Below are positions 11,001 through 22,620 of a stretch of DNA of 64,000 bases, piece after piece. The first letter of the stretch is position 1, and each line of letters opens with the position of its first letter. The DNA is taken from contig CM068777.1 in NCBI GenBank assembly GCA_035084275.1, positions 1,116,001 through 1,180,000 of the forward strand. Direction: 5' to 3'. The position numbers and the translations under genes are program-made. Below the pieces are notes generated by a model. It was not told where the DNA came from and ran no database searches. It worked only from the letters and a program-made list of their open reading frames with translations. The stretch comes from Hydrolagus colliei (taxonomy: Eukaryota).

Positions 11001-14000
11001 GTGAGAGATTTTCCAACCATAACAACAACGACAATGATAACAGTGACCCCGCGGCGTCCCCCTGTGGCTCAGCGGTTACAGAGAGACCTGGGTTCGATTC
11101 CCAGGCAGGTCAGGTCAGCGAGAAACCTTGGACAAGTTTCTTTCCTGCACACACATACACACACATGATAATAATCCCTCAAGAAAATTCAATCCACAAC
11201 TATTTGTGGGGAAACGCTGCTGTACGCAATCAGCTGCCGTGTTTCGCCTACAAATGTACAGTCACTTTACAGTATATTCTATGAAGCGCTTTGAGACGTC
11301 TAGAAGACGTGAAAAGCACTATATTAAAATGCAAGGATTATTACAATAGATTTCTTATGGATGGAGGGATTAAGGGACATGGGGATAAGGCGGGCAGGTG
11401 GAGTTAGATTTGAAGATCAACCATGATCACATTGAATGGTGGGGCAGGCTCGAGGGGCTGAATGGCCTACTCCTGCTCCTTCTTAGCATGATTGTCACTT
11501 TTCCGCTGCCGCGTTTTACCCGTATATATTGAATTTGTATATATTGAATATGCATACAGTCAATTCACTTTACAGAAGACATGAAAAGCGCTATATCAAA
11601 TGCAAGGATTATTATTATCATTATTATCATTGTCTTTTCTGTCCTACAGCTCGAGGGAAACTAGAAGGGAACAACCTGAAGCTGAGTTTCCTCATGGGGC
11701 CTTTAGCCCCGGACCCTACGCTCTACCCGAAATGCTACAGCGCTCGCCCCTCTCACCCCCCACCTCGTGTGCATGCCAATGCCCTGGACTACCTGGAGAG
11801 AGGGCAGAGGGGCTCAGTGGGCATGCTGCTGCAGCTGGAGGGAGTGTCGCTGTACGCAGACTCGCCTCCGAAAAGTAACTGTCCCTGTTGTTTGTTTGTT
11901 TTACGATCGGGTGATATGTGGAGTCTCAGTGGCTCAGTGATTAGAGCGCTCGCCTTACGAACGTGAGACCCGTGTTCGAATCTCGGCAAGTCAGGTCAGG
12001 GCGAAACCTTTGGCAAATTTCCACACACGCGCGCCTAATAATACCAAAAAAAAACCTGCAATAAATTGGTCATTTCAACCCATGGCTGTGTGTGGGGGAC
12101 GCTGTGTGCACAATTGGCTTCCGCGTTTCGCCCACAAATACACAGTCAATTCACTTTATAATATATTCTGTGAAGCGTTTTGGGACGTCTGGAAGACATG
12201 ATGAGGTGCTGTATCAAATGCATTATTATCTGTGGGCCACACACTGTTAATGAGGGAATTGCTGCACCCAATTGGCAGCCCACAAAGGCACGGTCACTAC
12301 AATTTACAATACAACCCGTGAAGCGCTTGTTGAGATATGTCAACGATATGTATAAAAATGTAAGGATTGTTAGCGTGATTGCAATTACACAGTCACTGCA
12401 CCTTACAGTGCAATGCGCTTTGAGGCGTAGAAATGTGCATTGTCCCACAAATTGCTCTTTGACTGTGTTTATGGTCACCTCTCTCTCCCCCCCCCCCACC
12501 ACCACGCGGCTTGGTGTTGTGTCTGCCACTGTCAAATCAAGCGCTCTGGGGCGCTACCCTGCGTGAGGGGACTCTGTGTAAATAGGAACCCTGGTATTTG
12601 ATATATGGGATCTTATCCTGTCTTCGAGATGTCTCAATGCGCTTCACGGGATGCATTACCATGAGAATTGACTGTGTTTTGCGGGTGAAACACGGCAGCC
12701 AATTGCGCACAGCAGCCTCCCCATAAACAGTGGTGGGTCGAGACAAGGCCGGTGTGACTCTGGTGGGAGGGGGTCTGGTGGGAGGGAGGCTCCCATCGAA
12801 TGCTCGCAGGGCCTCGAGAGACCTGAGACTGACTCGCTCTCCCCCCCCCCCTCCCCCCAGAGAAAGAACCCAAGGATTACGAGAAGGAGAACCTGAGACG
12901 GATGCGGGAGATCCAGAAGAAATGCCGGGAGAGGGAGCAGGAGAGGGATCTGACTGGCCCCAAACCCATCAAAGCTCTGTGGAAATCCCAGAAATATCAG
13001 ACCATCCCATCTAAAGTCATGGCACAGCTACAGGTAAAGGAATAATAATAATAATATTCCTTGCATTTGACACAGCGTCTCATCACGTCTTCTCGACATC
13101 TGAAACCGCTTCACTGTAAAGTGAATTGACTGTATATTTGTGGGCCAAACGTGGCAGCCAATTGCACACAGCAGCGTCCCCACAAACAGCCCTGGGTTGA
13201 AATGACCAATTTATTGTTATCTTGAGAGATTACTATCCGGTGTGTGTGAGTGTATGTGTGCGTGTCTGTGTGTGCATGTGAGTGTGGAGTAAGGAAACTT
13301 ACCCAAGATTTCACCCTGGCCAGGAATCTAACCCAGGTCTCTGGCTCCTAAGGCGAGTCCACTGAGCTTTATGGACTCCACAATAATAATAAGCCTTCCG
13401 TTTGATACAGCGATTCACATCTTTGAGAGGTCCCAAAGCGCTGCACACCAGGTAGTGTAAAGCGAATTGATTTTGTGTGGGAAACACATGGCAGCCAAAT
13501 GCGCCCAGCAGCGTCCCCACAAACAGTGTGGACGTCAGTCACCATATTTTTTATAAAACTGATTATTATCCCCCCCCCCCCAGCCCCCCCCGTCTCAGAC
13601 GCCACCACTGGCAAGCGCTCCGGGACGCTACACTGTGTGAAATGCAAGTTGTTGTAATATCGCTGGAAAAGTGACTAATGACTGGGTTCCTACTTAAAGG
13701 TAAACTAGAGGCGGTGTGCGTGTGGAGTAAGGGTACTAGCTCAATGTTGCGCCCTGCCCTGGAATCAAACCCAGGTCCTCTCGCTTGCGAGGCGAGAGTT
13801 CTGGAGTTCTAACGTAAAGTACAGGGTCTCTACATTTTGTAGGCAAACGTGGAGTCCTGTAGCTCAGTGATTAGAGCACTCTCCTTACAATCATGAGACC
13901 TGTGTTCGAATCCAGGCAGGTCAGGGCAAAACCTTGGGCAAGTTTCCTTACTACACACATACAAACACGCCTGATAATCCCTCAAAAAAAACAATAATAA

Positions 14001-16463
14001 AAGTTGGTCATTTCAATCCACGACTGTTTGTGAGGACGCTGCTGTGTGTGGGGGACGCTGCTGTGCGCAATTGGCTGCCGAGTTTCACCCACAAATATAC
14101 AGTTAATTCACTTTACAGTATATTCTGTGAAGCGCTTTCAGACGTCCAGAAGACGTGAAAAGCCGCTGTATCAAATGCGAGGATTATTAATAAACTCTAA
14201 ACAACACTCTCCAAATCCCACCCGGCTCAGCGGACACCTGCCCATTTTAACTTTTGTCCTCTTTAATCCACAGGCGTTCTTGCCCCCCAAAGACCCAGAG
14301 AGTCAGAGCTACCTGAAGGCACACTCGCGCTGTGGCACTGGCGTGTTTCCCACCCGCTGCCCCTCCCCAAACTCTCCCAAGGCAGAGTGTTCGATCAAAG
14401 CAGTGGAGCCCATCAACGCAGAGGTGGGAGATGTTTTGTGTGGCATATTTAAAGAGTGTTCGCCCTGACCTGCCCTGCCCGGATTTCAGTGCCTTGGGAC
14501 GTCCTCCCGACGTGAAAGGCGCTCTATAAAAGTAATTTTGTTGTTGTTGTGTGCCTCGTTAATTAATGCTGAATATCCTAGCTTCCATCAAGCCTCCCAA
14601 AGTGTGCACTTCACAGAGTCTGCCCTAAAGTCAACTGACTGGGTATTCTGTGGATGCGAAACGCATGAGGTAGTAATAATAATAATGCTTGCATTCGATA
14701 TATAGCGGCTTATCAGGTCTTCTAGACTGTGTCTCAAAGCGCTTCACAGAATATACTGTAAAGTGAATTGACTGTATATTTGTGGGCGAAACGCAACAGC
14801 CAATTGCGCACAGCAGCGTCCCGCACACACACAGCCGTGGATTGAAGTCATTGATTTATTATTGGGTTTGTTTTTTTCTTGAGGGATTATTATGAGGCTT
14901 GCGTGTGGAGTAAGGAAACTTATCCAAGCTTTTGCCCGGCAATGAATGTGATGTCTAGTGACTAGCGATGTGCAGTGACTGTATATTTTGGGGTCTTGAA
15001 GTGTCCTTTGGATGTCCTCCGGACGTCCTTGTTGTTGTCCTCCCTCCCAGTGTAAGTCATCCGGCACTTTCCGGTTTTCCCAGATTCAAGTCAAAAGCGT
15101 CGACGTGGACTTTGTCAGACGCAACGCGCAGAACGCAAAGCGAATGCCCGTGCGCCGCTCCAAATCCCTGCAGTGCCTGTCCGAGGTGCTAGAGAAGAAA
15201 CACAGAGATCAACAGGACTACCTGACCAGGAACAAAGGGCATCTGCCACAGTAGTAGGTGCAATAATAGCTTGGCGATCCCAGCATCTTTTTAAGGGGAC
15301 GTTTTCACTCTCTTTTTCTGCTTGTCTATCCCACAGTCCCTCCGCCTCGCCCCCCCCCCTTCCCTGGCCTCCTTCAAGCCTTACCTCAAGACTCCTCTTC
15401 GATGGCCCCATCAGCAACTCCTAACCCCACTTCCCTCCTCTCCCCCCCCCCCCACCCTCTTCCTCAGCTCGAGTCTGATGCATTGACTGTCCAGTGCCTT
15501 GGGACGTCCTCCTGACTTGAGTGGCGCTATACAAATGTCATTTTGTTGTTGTTGTCCATTACGATGTTTCATTCGGTTTCCTGTAAAACCCTCACTTCCT
15601 TCTCCATTCCTTCTGGGGAGTGCGTAAGTGAATGAGTGGGCGAGTGAGTTAGTGAGTGAGCGAGCAAGTGAGTGAGTGATTGAGTAGTGGGTGGGTGGAT
15701 GGGTGAGTTGAGTTTGTGTGTGCCTCACACCTGTTATGCTGCTCTCTCTCACCCTTAGTTTGGTTGAAAGGAGGGGTCAGTGGAGCAGGGAGGCAGAAGA
15801 GAGGCGGAAGAACGTTCCTGATCCCAGCATGCCCCCCGGACACACCAGGATGCCAGAGAACGAACGCTTGGAAACGCTGAACTCACTTCAACAAAGTAAG
15901 GTCGAGCCCAGTGCAGTCCTGTAGCTCAGTGGTTAGAGCGCTCGCCTCGCAAATGAGAGACCTGGGATCAGTTCCCCCCCAGAAAGAGCAAACTTCAAGC
16001 AAGTTTCCTTTCTCTACACGCACACACACACATGCCTCTGTTTACCCAGCAGTAGGTGGGAACCTGGTTGTTATTCGATTGGCGGATCTCTTTGCCGGAG
16101 GTAATAATTCCCTCAAAAAGAAATTTGGTCACTGAATCCACGGCAGTTTGTGGTTTCTGCTGCGTGCAATTGGCTGCTGCGTTTTGCCTGAGAGATATAC
16201 AGTCAATTCACCTGACGGTGTGTCCTGTGAAGCGCTTTGAGTGTTGAGTATGTCAGGAGTATTGTGATGATGATTGCCGCATTATGTGTTGTTACCCACC
16301 AGCCGAACAGCAACTCACCAAACAGCTGCTGATGTTCCCTGTGCGTGTGGACACAATCAGTATGAAGAACAGACGGACGGAGCTGGAGAAGAAGCTAATG
16401 GAGATCGAGGAGGCCATCAAGATCTTCACACGTCCCAAAGTCTTCATCAAAATCAACGCTTGA
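10916..16463 (+). CDS. ENKD1: Enkurin domain-containing protein 1, complete CDS (exons 10916-11000, 11650-11874, 12861-13033, 14274-14423, 15084-15253, 15759-15895, 16303-16463)
   Basis: All GT-AG with compatible phases. MSEGPSKICGPIPPDATL..., KDYEKENLRRMREIQ, LKAHSRCG, PDPSMPPGHTRMPENERLETL and ELEKKLMEIEEAIKIFTRPKVFIK* match ENKD1 and the enkurin domain. Confidence 0.93.
11650..11874 (+). CDS. ENKD1: ENKD1 coding exon 2
   Basis: ctacag|CT CGA GGG AAA CTA GAA GGG AAC ... AAA A|gtaact; RGKLEGNNLKL...LERGQRG..LLQLEG. Confidence 0.92.
12861..13033 (+). CDS. ENKD1: ENKD1 coding exon 3
   Basis: ccccag|AG AAA GAA CCC AAG ... CTA CAG|gtaaag; 173 nt. Confidence 0.92.
13851..14189 (+). mobile_element. 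tRNA-derived SINE, representative full-length copy of the dominant family
   Basis: A box gtagctcagtg, B box gttcgaatcc, accttgggcaagtttcctta body, ctgctgtgcgcaattggctgcc block, L2-like stem-loop tail and (TTA)n. Roughly several dozen copies or fragments in the window on both strands. Confidence 0.9.
14274..14423 (+). CDS. ENKD1: ENKD1 coding exon 4
   Basis: cacag|GCG TTC ... GCA GAG|gtggga; YLKAHSRCG; 150 nt. Confidence 0.88.
15084..15253 (+). CDS. ENKD1: ENKD1 coding exon 5
   Basis: cccag|ATT CAA GTC ... CAG TA|gtaggt; VDFVRRNAQNAKR...KGHLPQY. Confidence 0.9.
15759..15895 (+). CDS. ENKD1: ENKD1 coding exon 6
   Basis: ccttag|T TTG GTT GAA ... CAA A|gtaag; PDPSMPPGHTRMPENERLETL. Confidence 0.93.
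15914..16245 (+). mobile_element. tRNA-derived SINE (long-body subfamily with cctctgtttacccagcagtaggt insert)
   Basis: Same head and tail as the dominant SINE plus an extra central segment. Confidence 0.85.
16303..16463 (+). CDS. ENKD1: ENKD1 coding exon 7
   Basis: caccag|CC GAA CAG ... AAC GCT TGA; EEAIKIFTRPKVFIK. Confidence 0.93.
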
Positions 16464-18143
16464 AAAGGTTGGGTCAAGGTAAACTTTAGCAATTTGCTTC
16501 ATCTACAGTAATAATAATACTAATAATAATAATCCTTGCATTTGATATAGCTCCCTATCGTGTCTTCTAGACCGTGTCTCAAAGCGCTTCACGGAATATA
16601 CTGTAAAGTGAATTGACTGTATATTTTTGTGTGGGAGAGCGAAACGCGGCAGCTAATTCCACACAGCAGCGACCCCACAAACAGCCTTGGGTTGAAATGA
16701 CCAATTTATGATAGGTTTTTTTGGGGGGGATGGATTATTATTAGGCCTGTGTGTGTGTGTGTGCGTGTGTGTGGAGTAAGGAGGTTTCGCCCTGACCAGA
16801 AGACTGATGTGGAAGAGGAAGCCTGTAGCTCGTGGTCACAGCCCTCGCCTCGCAAGCGAGAGGACCCGGGTTCGATTCCCCCGGCCGGGTCAGGGGGAAG
16901 GAAACCTTCGGCAAGTTTCCTTATTCCGCACACACGCGCGCACACACTTGCAGTTAGGCTGGACAAACTAACTCAGGTCAGCGCTGTTGACGTACAAACT
17001 GGAGCGAGTGCTCCATATAGTGGCAGCGAGTAGGTATTGCACCTCAATAATAATCCTCGCATTGGATACAGCACCTAATGGTGTCTTTGAGACGTCTCAA
17101 AGCGCTTCACCAAAACCCTTGATTGTTTGTGGGGGATGCTGCTGTGCGCAGTTGGCTGCTGTGTTTTTGCCCACGAAATATATAGTCGATTGACTTTACA
17201 GTGCATTCTGTGAAGGGCGTTCTCAACGACGTGATAAGGCGCTGCATCAAAATGTCAGATCAGGGTGAAACCTTAGGCAAGGTTTCCTTACTCCACATGC
17301 CTCTGTTTACCCAGCGGTATGTAGCAACTTGTTTGCTAGTCGATTGGGGGATCACTTTCCGGCGATAATAATCTCTCCCAAAGAATAAATAAATACCTTG
17401 GATCACACAACCCACGATTGTTTGTGGGGGACGCTGCTGTGCGTAATTGGCTGCCCACAAGATACGCAGTCGATTCACTTTGAGACGTCTCGAAGTCGTG
17501 ATAAGGCGCTGTGTCAAATGCAAGGATTATTATTATTATTTTGTAAGTGATTGTTAACCTCTCTTGTTTTATCAGGGCAGTGGACCTGAGAAGCTGGGCT
17601 GTTGTGTCTGAGGAGAGATGCCATCAATCAGGCTCTGGATGTCCCCGAGTCTTACAGTAAATGTGTAAATAAGTCAACTGACAGAACTATTTTTTAATAC
17701 CACTGTAATTAAAATGTGTGTTAAATTAAACCTATGGACTAAAAAATGAGACGTGTTGATGGTTTCAGTGTCGGGAGGAGAAGCCGGTGATTAATGTATG
17801 TCTTTCACCAAGGTACAGCCATCGAGGGCTCAGTCGAAGAGGAAGGTCTTTAGATGGGACTTGAAGGAGGCAAGAGAGAGAGTTGGGAGGTTGAGCTGGA
17901 GGGATGGCAGGTCAGTATTCCAGAGTTTGGGGGGGTGGTAGAGAGACTGAATGTCTGTTTCTTTACTCCACACACACACACCTCTGTTTAACTAGCAGTA
18001 AGTAGGTACGCAGTTGTTAATCAATTGACAGATCACTTTCTGGGGGTAATAATCTCATCAAATTGTTTTTAAAATAATAATTTGATCCACTCAATCCTCA
18101 ATTGTTTGTGGATCTCTGCTGTGCATAGTTCAGACATCTAGAC

Positions 18144-19442
18144 CAGTGGTTCTCAACCTTTTGTCACTAATATACCCCTTGTTCATTTTCATCATTATCG
18201 TGTATCCCCCACCCACCCACATACATACATACACGGCGGGGTGGGGGGGGGTCCCCCTCATTCCACTTGCATTTTATGACCAAGCTTTTCTTATATAACA
18301 AAATAACTAGCAACGTACACAACCAGGGGAAGAACAATTAAATACAGGTGGACCCCGCTTACCGAACGCCCGGTTAATAAAACTTCACTATAACAAGGGT
18401 TTCTATTTGTACCACTTCTCCACTTAACAAAGGCTGCTTTCACTATCACAAATGTTTACACACTTTAAATCTCACGGGCTTCTCGTGCGCAGCTTCTCGT
18501 GCGCAGCTTCTCTCTGGTTGCCCCAGCAACACAGACTCAGTCTTTAGCGTGCCTCCTCGGTTAAGGAAGAGCTTAAGCGGCAGGATGCTTCGTGGCTTCA
18601 ATAATAATAAGTCAAGATATGGGAGCGGTGGGGGGGATAGAGAGATAGAGGATGGGGGGATAGAGAGGGAGAGGAAGGGGGATAGAGCGGAGGGGGGATA
18701 GAGAGATAGAGAGGAAGAGGGATAGGGAAGGAGGGGAGGGGGGGAACAGAGAGGGAGAGGAGGGGGGCATAGAGAGATGGAGTGGGGGATAGAGAGATGG
18801 AGTGGGGGATAGAGAGGGGGGGTAGAGAAAGAGAGAAGGGTGGGTAGAGAGAAAGAGAGGAGGAGGCAATAGAGAGAGGAGATGAGGGAGTAGAGAGAAA
18901 GAGAGGAGATGAGGGGGTAGAGAGAAAGAGGGAAGGTGGTGGGTGGGGAGAGAAAGTGAGGAGGGGGAGGAAGAAAAAAGTGCGTCCCGAGTCCGGAAAT
19001 GCCTGGGTCCAGGTTGGGATATTTCAGTGTGGTGACTGTGCAGACCTGGCCTGGAGCAGGTAGGATCGGCGTTTTCATTCCTGCAATTTTTGTCATATTC
19101 CGGAACTCCGGACTTTTGGCTGCTCAACCCGTACACCGGAAATGTTAGCGCCAGGAACCGCTAGGAACTAAACTGATGTTAGCGGGGAGGCTGGGGTCGG
19201 GGGCGTTTTGGCTGCTGCCAAAGACAGTAATACAGTTAAACTCTCGCTTAACAAAATTTTCGCTTAACGAAGGGTTTTAAAGTCCCTAACCCCTTCGTAA
19301 AGCTGGGTCTACCTGTATACAATTTGGAAAGCCTATAAAACGGTAAATAAGAGAGCGAAATTAATCAACGTACCGCCACCTGTACCCCTGGAAGTCATTT
19401 TGTACCCCCTGAGGTACATATAGCCCTGGTTGAGAACCGTTG
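18144..19442. mobile_element. hAT-Charlie MITE interrupted by a Tigger-like MITE
   Basis: TIRs cagtggttctcaacc / ggttgagaaccgttg; 8-bp flanks atctagac / gtctagaa (NTCTAGAN target). Confidence 0.85.
18345..19315. mobile_element. Tigger/pogo-like MITE family 1
   Basis: TIRs caggtggaccc / gggtctacctg, TA target duplication; second copy in opposite orientation at 33137-35086. Confidence 0.85.
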
Positions 19443-20103
19443 GTCTAGAAGCCGTGATAAGGCGCTGTGTCAAATATTATTATTGTAACTGTGAACTGTG
19501 AGCAGAAGGCTGTGGGAAAACGATCGACAGGATGAGGACGGAGTTGGGAAAATAAATCCCATTGATGCATTTTAATTGCCACAATTTCCTGTTGGACAAT
19601 TAAGATTTGGCGACCGAATAAACATTGTCTTCATTCCCACCGGCCGACCACAATACCGTCTCAATGTGTTGCCAAGTTTCTATTATTCTCTTCAGACTTG
19701 GCTCTCCTCCCGGCTCTCAGCAAACAGCAAACATAGCAAGTGAACGTGTCTGATGATAACAACAACAACAACAATAATAATAATCATCCTTGATATTCAT
19801 AAGCGCCTTCTCACATCTCCACGAAGTCTCAAAGCGCTTCACAGAATATACTGTGAAGTGTAGTGACTTGTGTATTTTGTGGGTGAATTGAAGTGCCCAA
19901 ATTATGATTAGTATGTGGGGGTTTTTAAGAAGGGATTATTATCTGTGGAAAAGCGATCTTAGCATACAGAAGTCCTGTAGCTCAGGGATTAGAGCAGTCG
20001 CCTTACAAGTGAGAGACCTGGGTTCAATTCCAGGCAAGACAAAATCTTGGGAAAGTTTCCTTACCCCCCTAACCCCCTTCCCCCCCAACCCCCCATGCAC
20101 ACT

Positions 20104-21564
20104 CAGGGCTGTAGGACTCGAGACCGGTCTCGAGTCCTCATTTGAATGACTCGGACTCGACACCAGGGACTCGAGGACTCGGGCTGGAGACCACCGCGAT
20201 TCCAGCAGGTATGAGCCGAGCTGCAGGGTTTTCTGTAGTTAGCGCAAATACTACACCGGCCGACCTACCGGAAATCTCGCAGCGAAAGTTTCATGTGAAT
20301 GAACTGTGGGATACTACTTCCTATCTATCACATGTAAATTTTCTACCGATGAAAAAAGCCCTTTAAAAAGTGACGCGTTTAAATCCAATGCCCTGGATTG
20401 CCACGTGTTTCAGTTCCATTGTGTGAGCAGTAGCACTGATTTCTGAGACTCTGTGAGTATTGTTTTGTACATTGTCTTGTGTACTAACTGTACAAGGGCT
20501 ACCGTACTAGGCTTATATCGCGTGCTACTCACTGAAACCTCCCTGATTCTTACCTGCCCGGCGCGTACCAGCATCACCATGTCTGCCGTGTCCCGAGTGA
20601 TTGGGAACACGGATCATAAGGAATTCACAACAACAGGGGGAACACACATCACGCAAAATATAAGTTTTGCAAATGTGTTATAACTGAAACGTGTGGCACC
20701 ACATCGAATTTCACACGCCATCTGCAGCGACGTAAGTTTCTTACTCATTTACGATTAGACTATACAATAAATTAAGTTATTGTGTGTGGACTTTTGTCGG
20801 AATGAGTTACTCATGAATCACGATAAATTTTGCCATGTTAATAGTCTTGTTGAAGATTTAATCTAATAAAGACTATTTTCTGAACTTTGTTGGGTACGCC
20901 TCAGTCTGCAGAAAAATCCATCTGGTTGGAGGAGTTGTCGCTCTCCTCCAACACAGGTGGAAGTCTCATATAATTTACCGCTACGTGCTGAAATTGGCCT
21001 TACTAGGGGTAGATCTTAGGTCTTTGTAGTAGAAATATATATGGGGACAAAAATCTAGCCCCATAGAGATACGCGTAAAAAGTAGAGCGTGAGCACCGCG
21101 AAGCGTTCTACTATCTTTGAAATGAGGACTCGAGACCGGTCTCGACGCCGAGTCCAGGACTCGAGTCCTTCAGCCCTGCAATTCTCTTCTTTGTGTGCAA
21201 TGCACTGACTCGTACTCGGATCAGCAGCATTCACGAGCGCTCGGTCCCACACCAATGTATACAAGTACAAGCCTAGGCAAGCAATCTGCAGCTAGACTTT
21301 TTATTTTGAAAAAATGTTTTAATCTACAGTTTACGGGATAATGAGTCAATTTATTGCATAAAGCCAAGAAGTAAGAACCCAACCCTTGTAAACAAAGCGT
21401 AGCAAGCAATATACATCAAAAAAAGGTATAAGACTGAAATTCTAGTATGTATAAGTTGGTGATGGGAGTGAATTTTTACATGGAGGACTAGGACATTAAA
21501 AAGTGGCAGGGACTCGGACTCGGACACCAGGGACTCGGATGAGGAGGACTCGACTACAGCCCTG
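20104..21564. mobile_element. hAT-like non-autonomous element with GACTCG subterminal repeats
   Basis: TIRs cagggctgtag / ctacagccctg; flanks atgcacac / atacacac (one base offset); splits a SINE into head (19971-20103) and body (21565 onward). Confidence 0.75.
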
Positions 21565-21802
21565 ATACACACACACACTTAATAATTCAGTAATACAATT
21601 TTTTTTTAATTGGTCATTTTAATCCACAACTGTTTGTGGAGGACACCCAACCAGTTCCCCCCAACCCCACCACGGCTCGGTGGGAGGTGGGAATTGAACA
21701 GTGAAGGGGGAGAGGACCTCATTACGTCCTAGACGCCACGTGACAATTGGGTTGCATCATGTGTGGGTGTGGGTTGGCTACTTTGGAGCTACTTTCTGTC
21801 AT

Positions 21803-22150
21803 AGAATCTTACGGCACAAAAGGAGGCCATTCGGCCCATCTAGTCTGTGCCGGCTCTTTGAAAAGAGCAACTCAATCCCACTGCCCTGCCCGCTCCCCAT
21901 AGCCTAATAGACCTTTTCTCCCTAAACAAAGATCTAATTCTCTTTTAAAAGCTGTTATCGAATCGGCCTCCACCACCTTTTCAGGCAATGCATTCCAGAT
22001 TCAAACAACCAGCCGACATTTCTCCTCAGCTCCCCTCTGCTTCGTTTTGAAACTATTTTAAATCTGTGACCACGAGTCACACCAGTGGAAAGTTTTTCCT
22101 TATTCACCCCGATGAATCCTCTGATGATTTTATAAACCTCTATTAGGTCT
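21803..22150 (-). mobile_element. CR1 3' end fragment
   Basis: RGDLIEVYKIIRG...TRGHRFKI; atagaatc tail. Similar tails at 1391-1620, 11345-11487, 35089-35355, 36850-37055 and 39268-39380. Confidence 0.85.
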
Positions 22151-22419
22151 CCTCTCGGGGGGCACTCGATAGTCTCAGTGGGGGGTGGTGGTGGGGGGGG
22201 GGGGGAACGTAAAGCCCTATTTTGGGTTTCGTTATAAATCGTTTCAGTTAAAACCGCACTGTTCAAGAACATAAACAAAATACTACAGACGCTGGGAATC
22301 CGAAACAACAGAAGTTGCTGGGGAAACTCAGCAGGTCAGGCAGCATCTATGGAGAGAGGAAAAGGAGTCCACGTTTTACCTGCTGAGTTTCCCCAGCAAC
22401 TTTAGTTTGAGTGCAGGGT

Positions 22420-22620
22420 GTCTGGTTGGGCTACGGTTGGGCTACTTTGGGCGGGTTGGGAGGGCGCGCGCAGCCTCAGTTCAAACCCCGGTTGGGACGG
22501 TTGGTCGGCGCGCATGCGCAGACTTGCCGCCGCCGCCCTCATCTGCAAGCGACTGTTTAGTAATGGCGCCCGCGTCGCTGGTTTAGGCGTCAATCCCCCT
22601 CTCCCCTCACACACACACAC
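22420..22620 (+). promoter_or_regulatory. POLB TATA-less CpG promoter
   Basis: CpG-rich; GC box gggcggg; NRF1-type palindrome gcgcatgcgc at 22510-22519; directly upstream of the POLB ATG. Confidence 0.65.

Noticed and set aside
16820-16895. tRNA gene-like sequences (A/B boxes with an anticodon-like loop), here and at many other sites
   Set aside because: Each continues directly into the SINE body and lacks a proper acceptor stem and T-run terminator. They are SINE heads.
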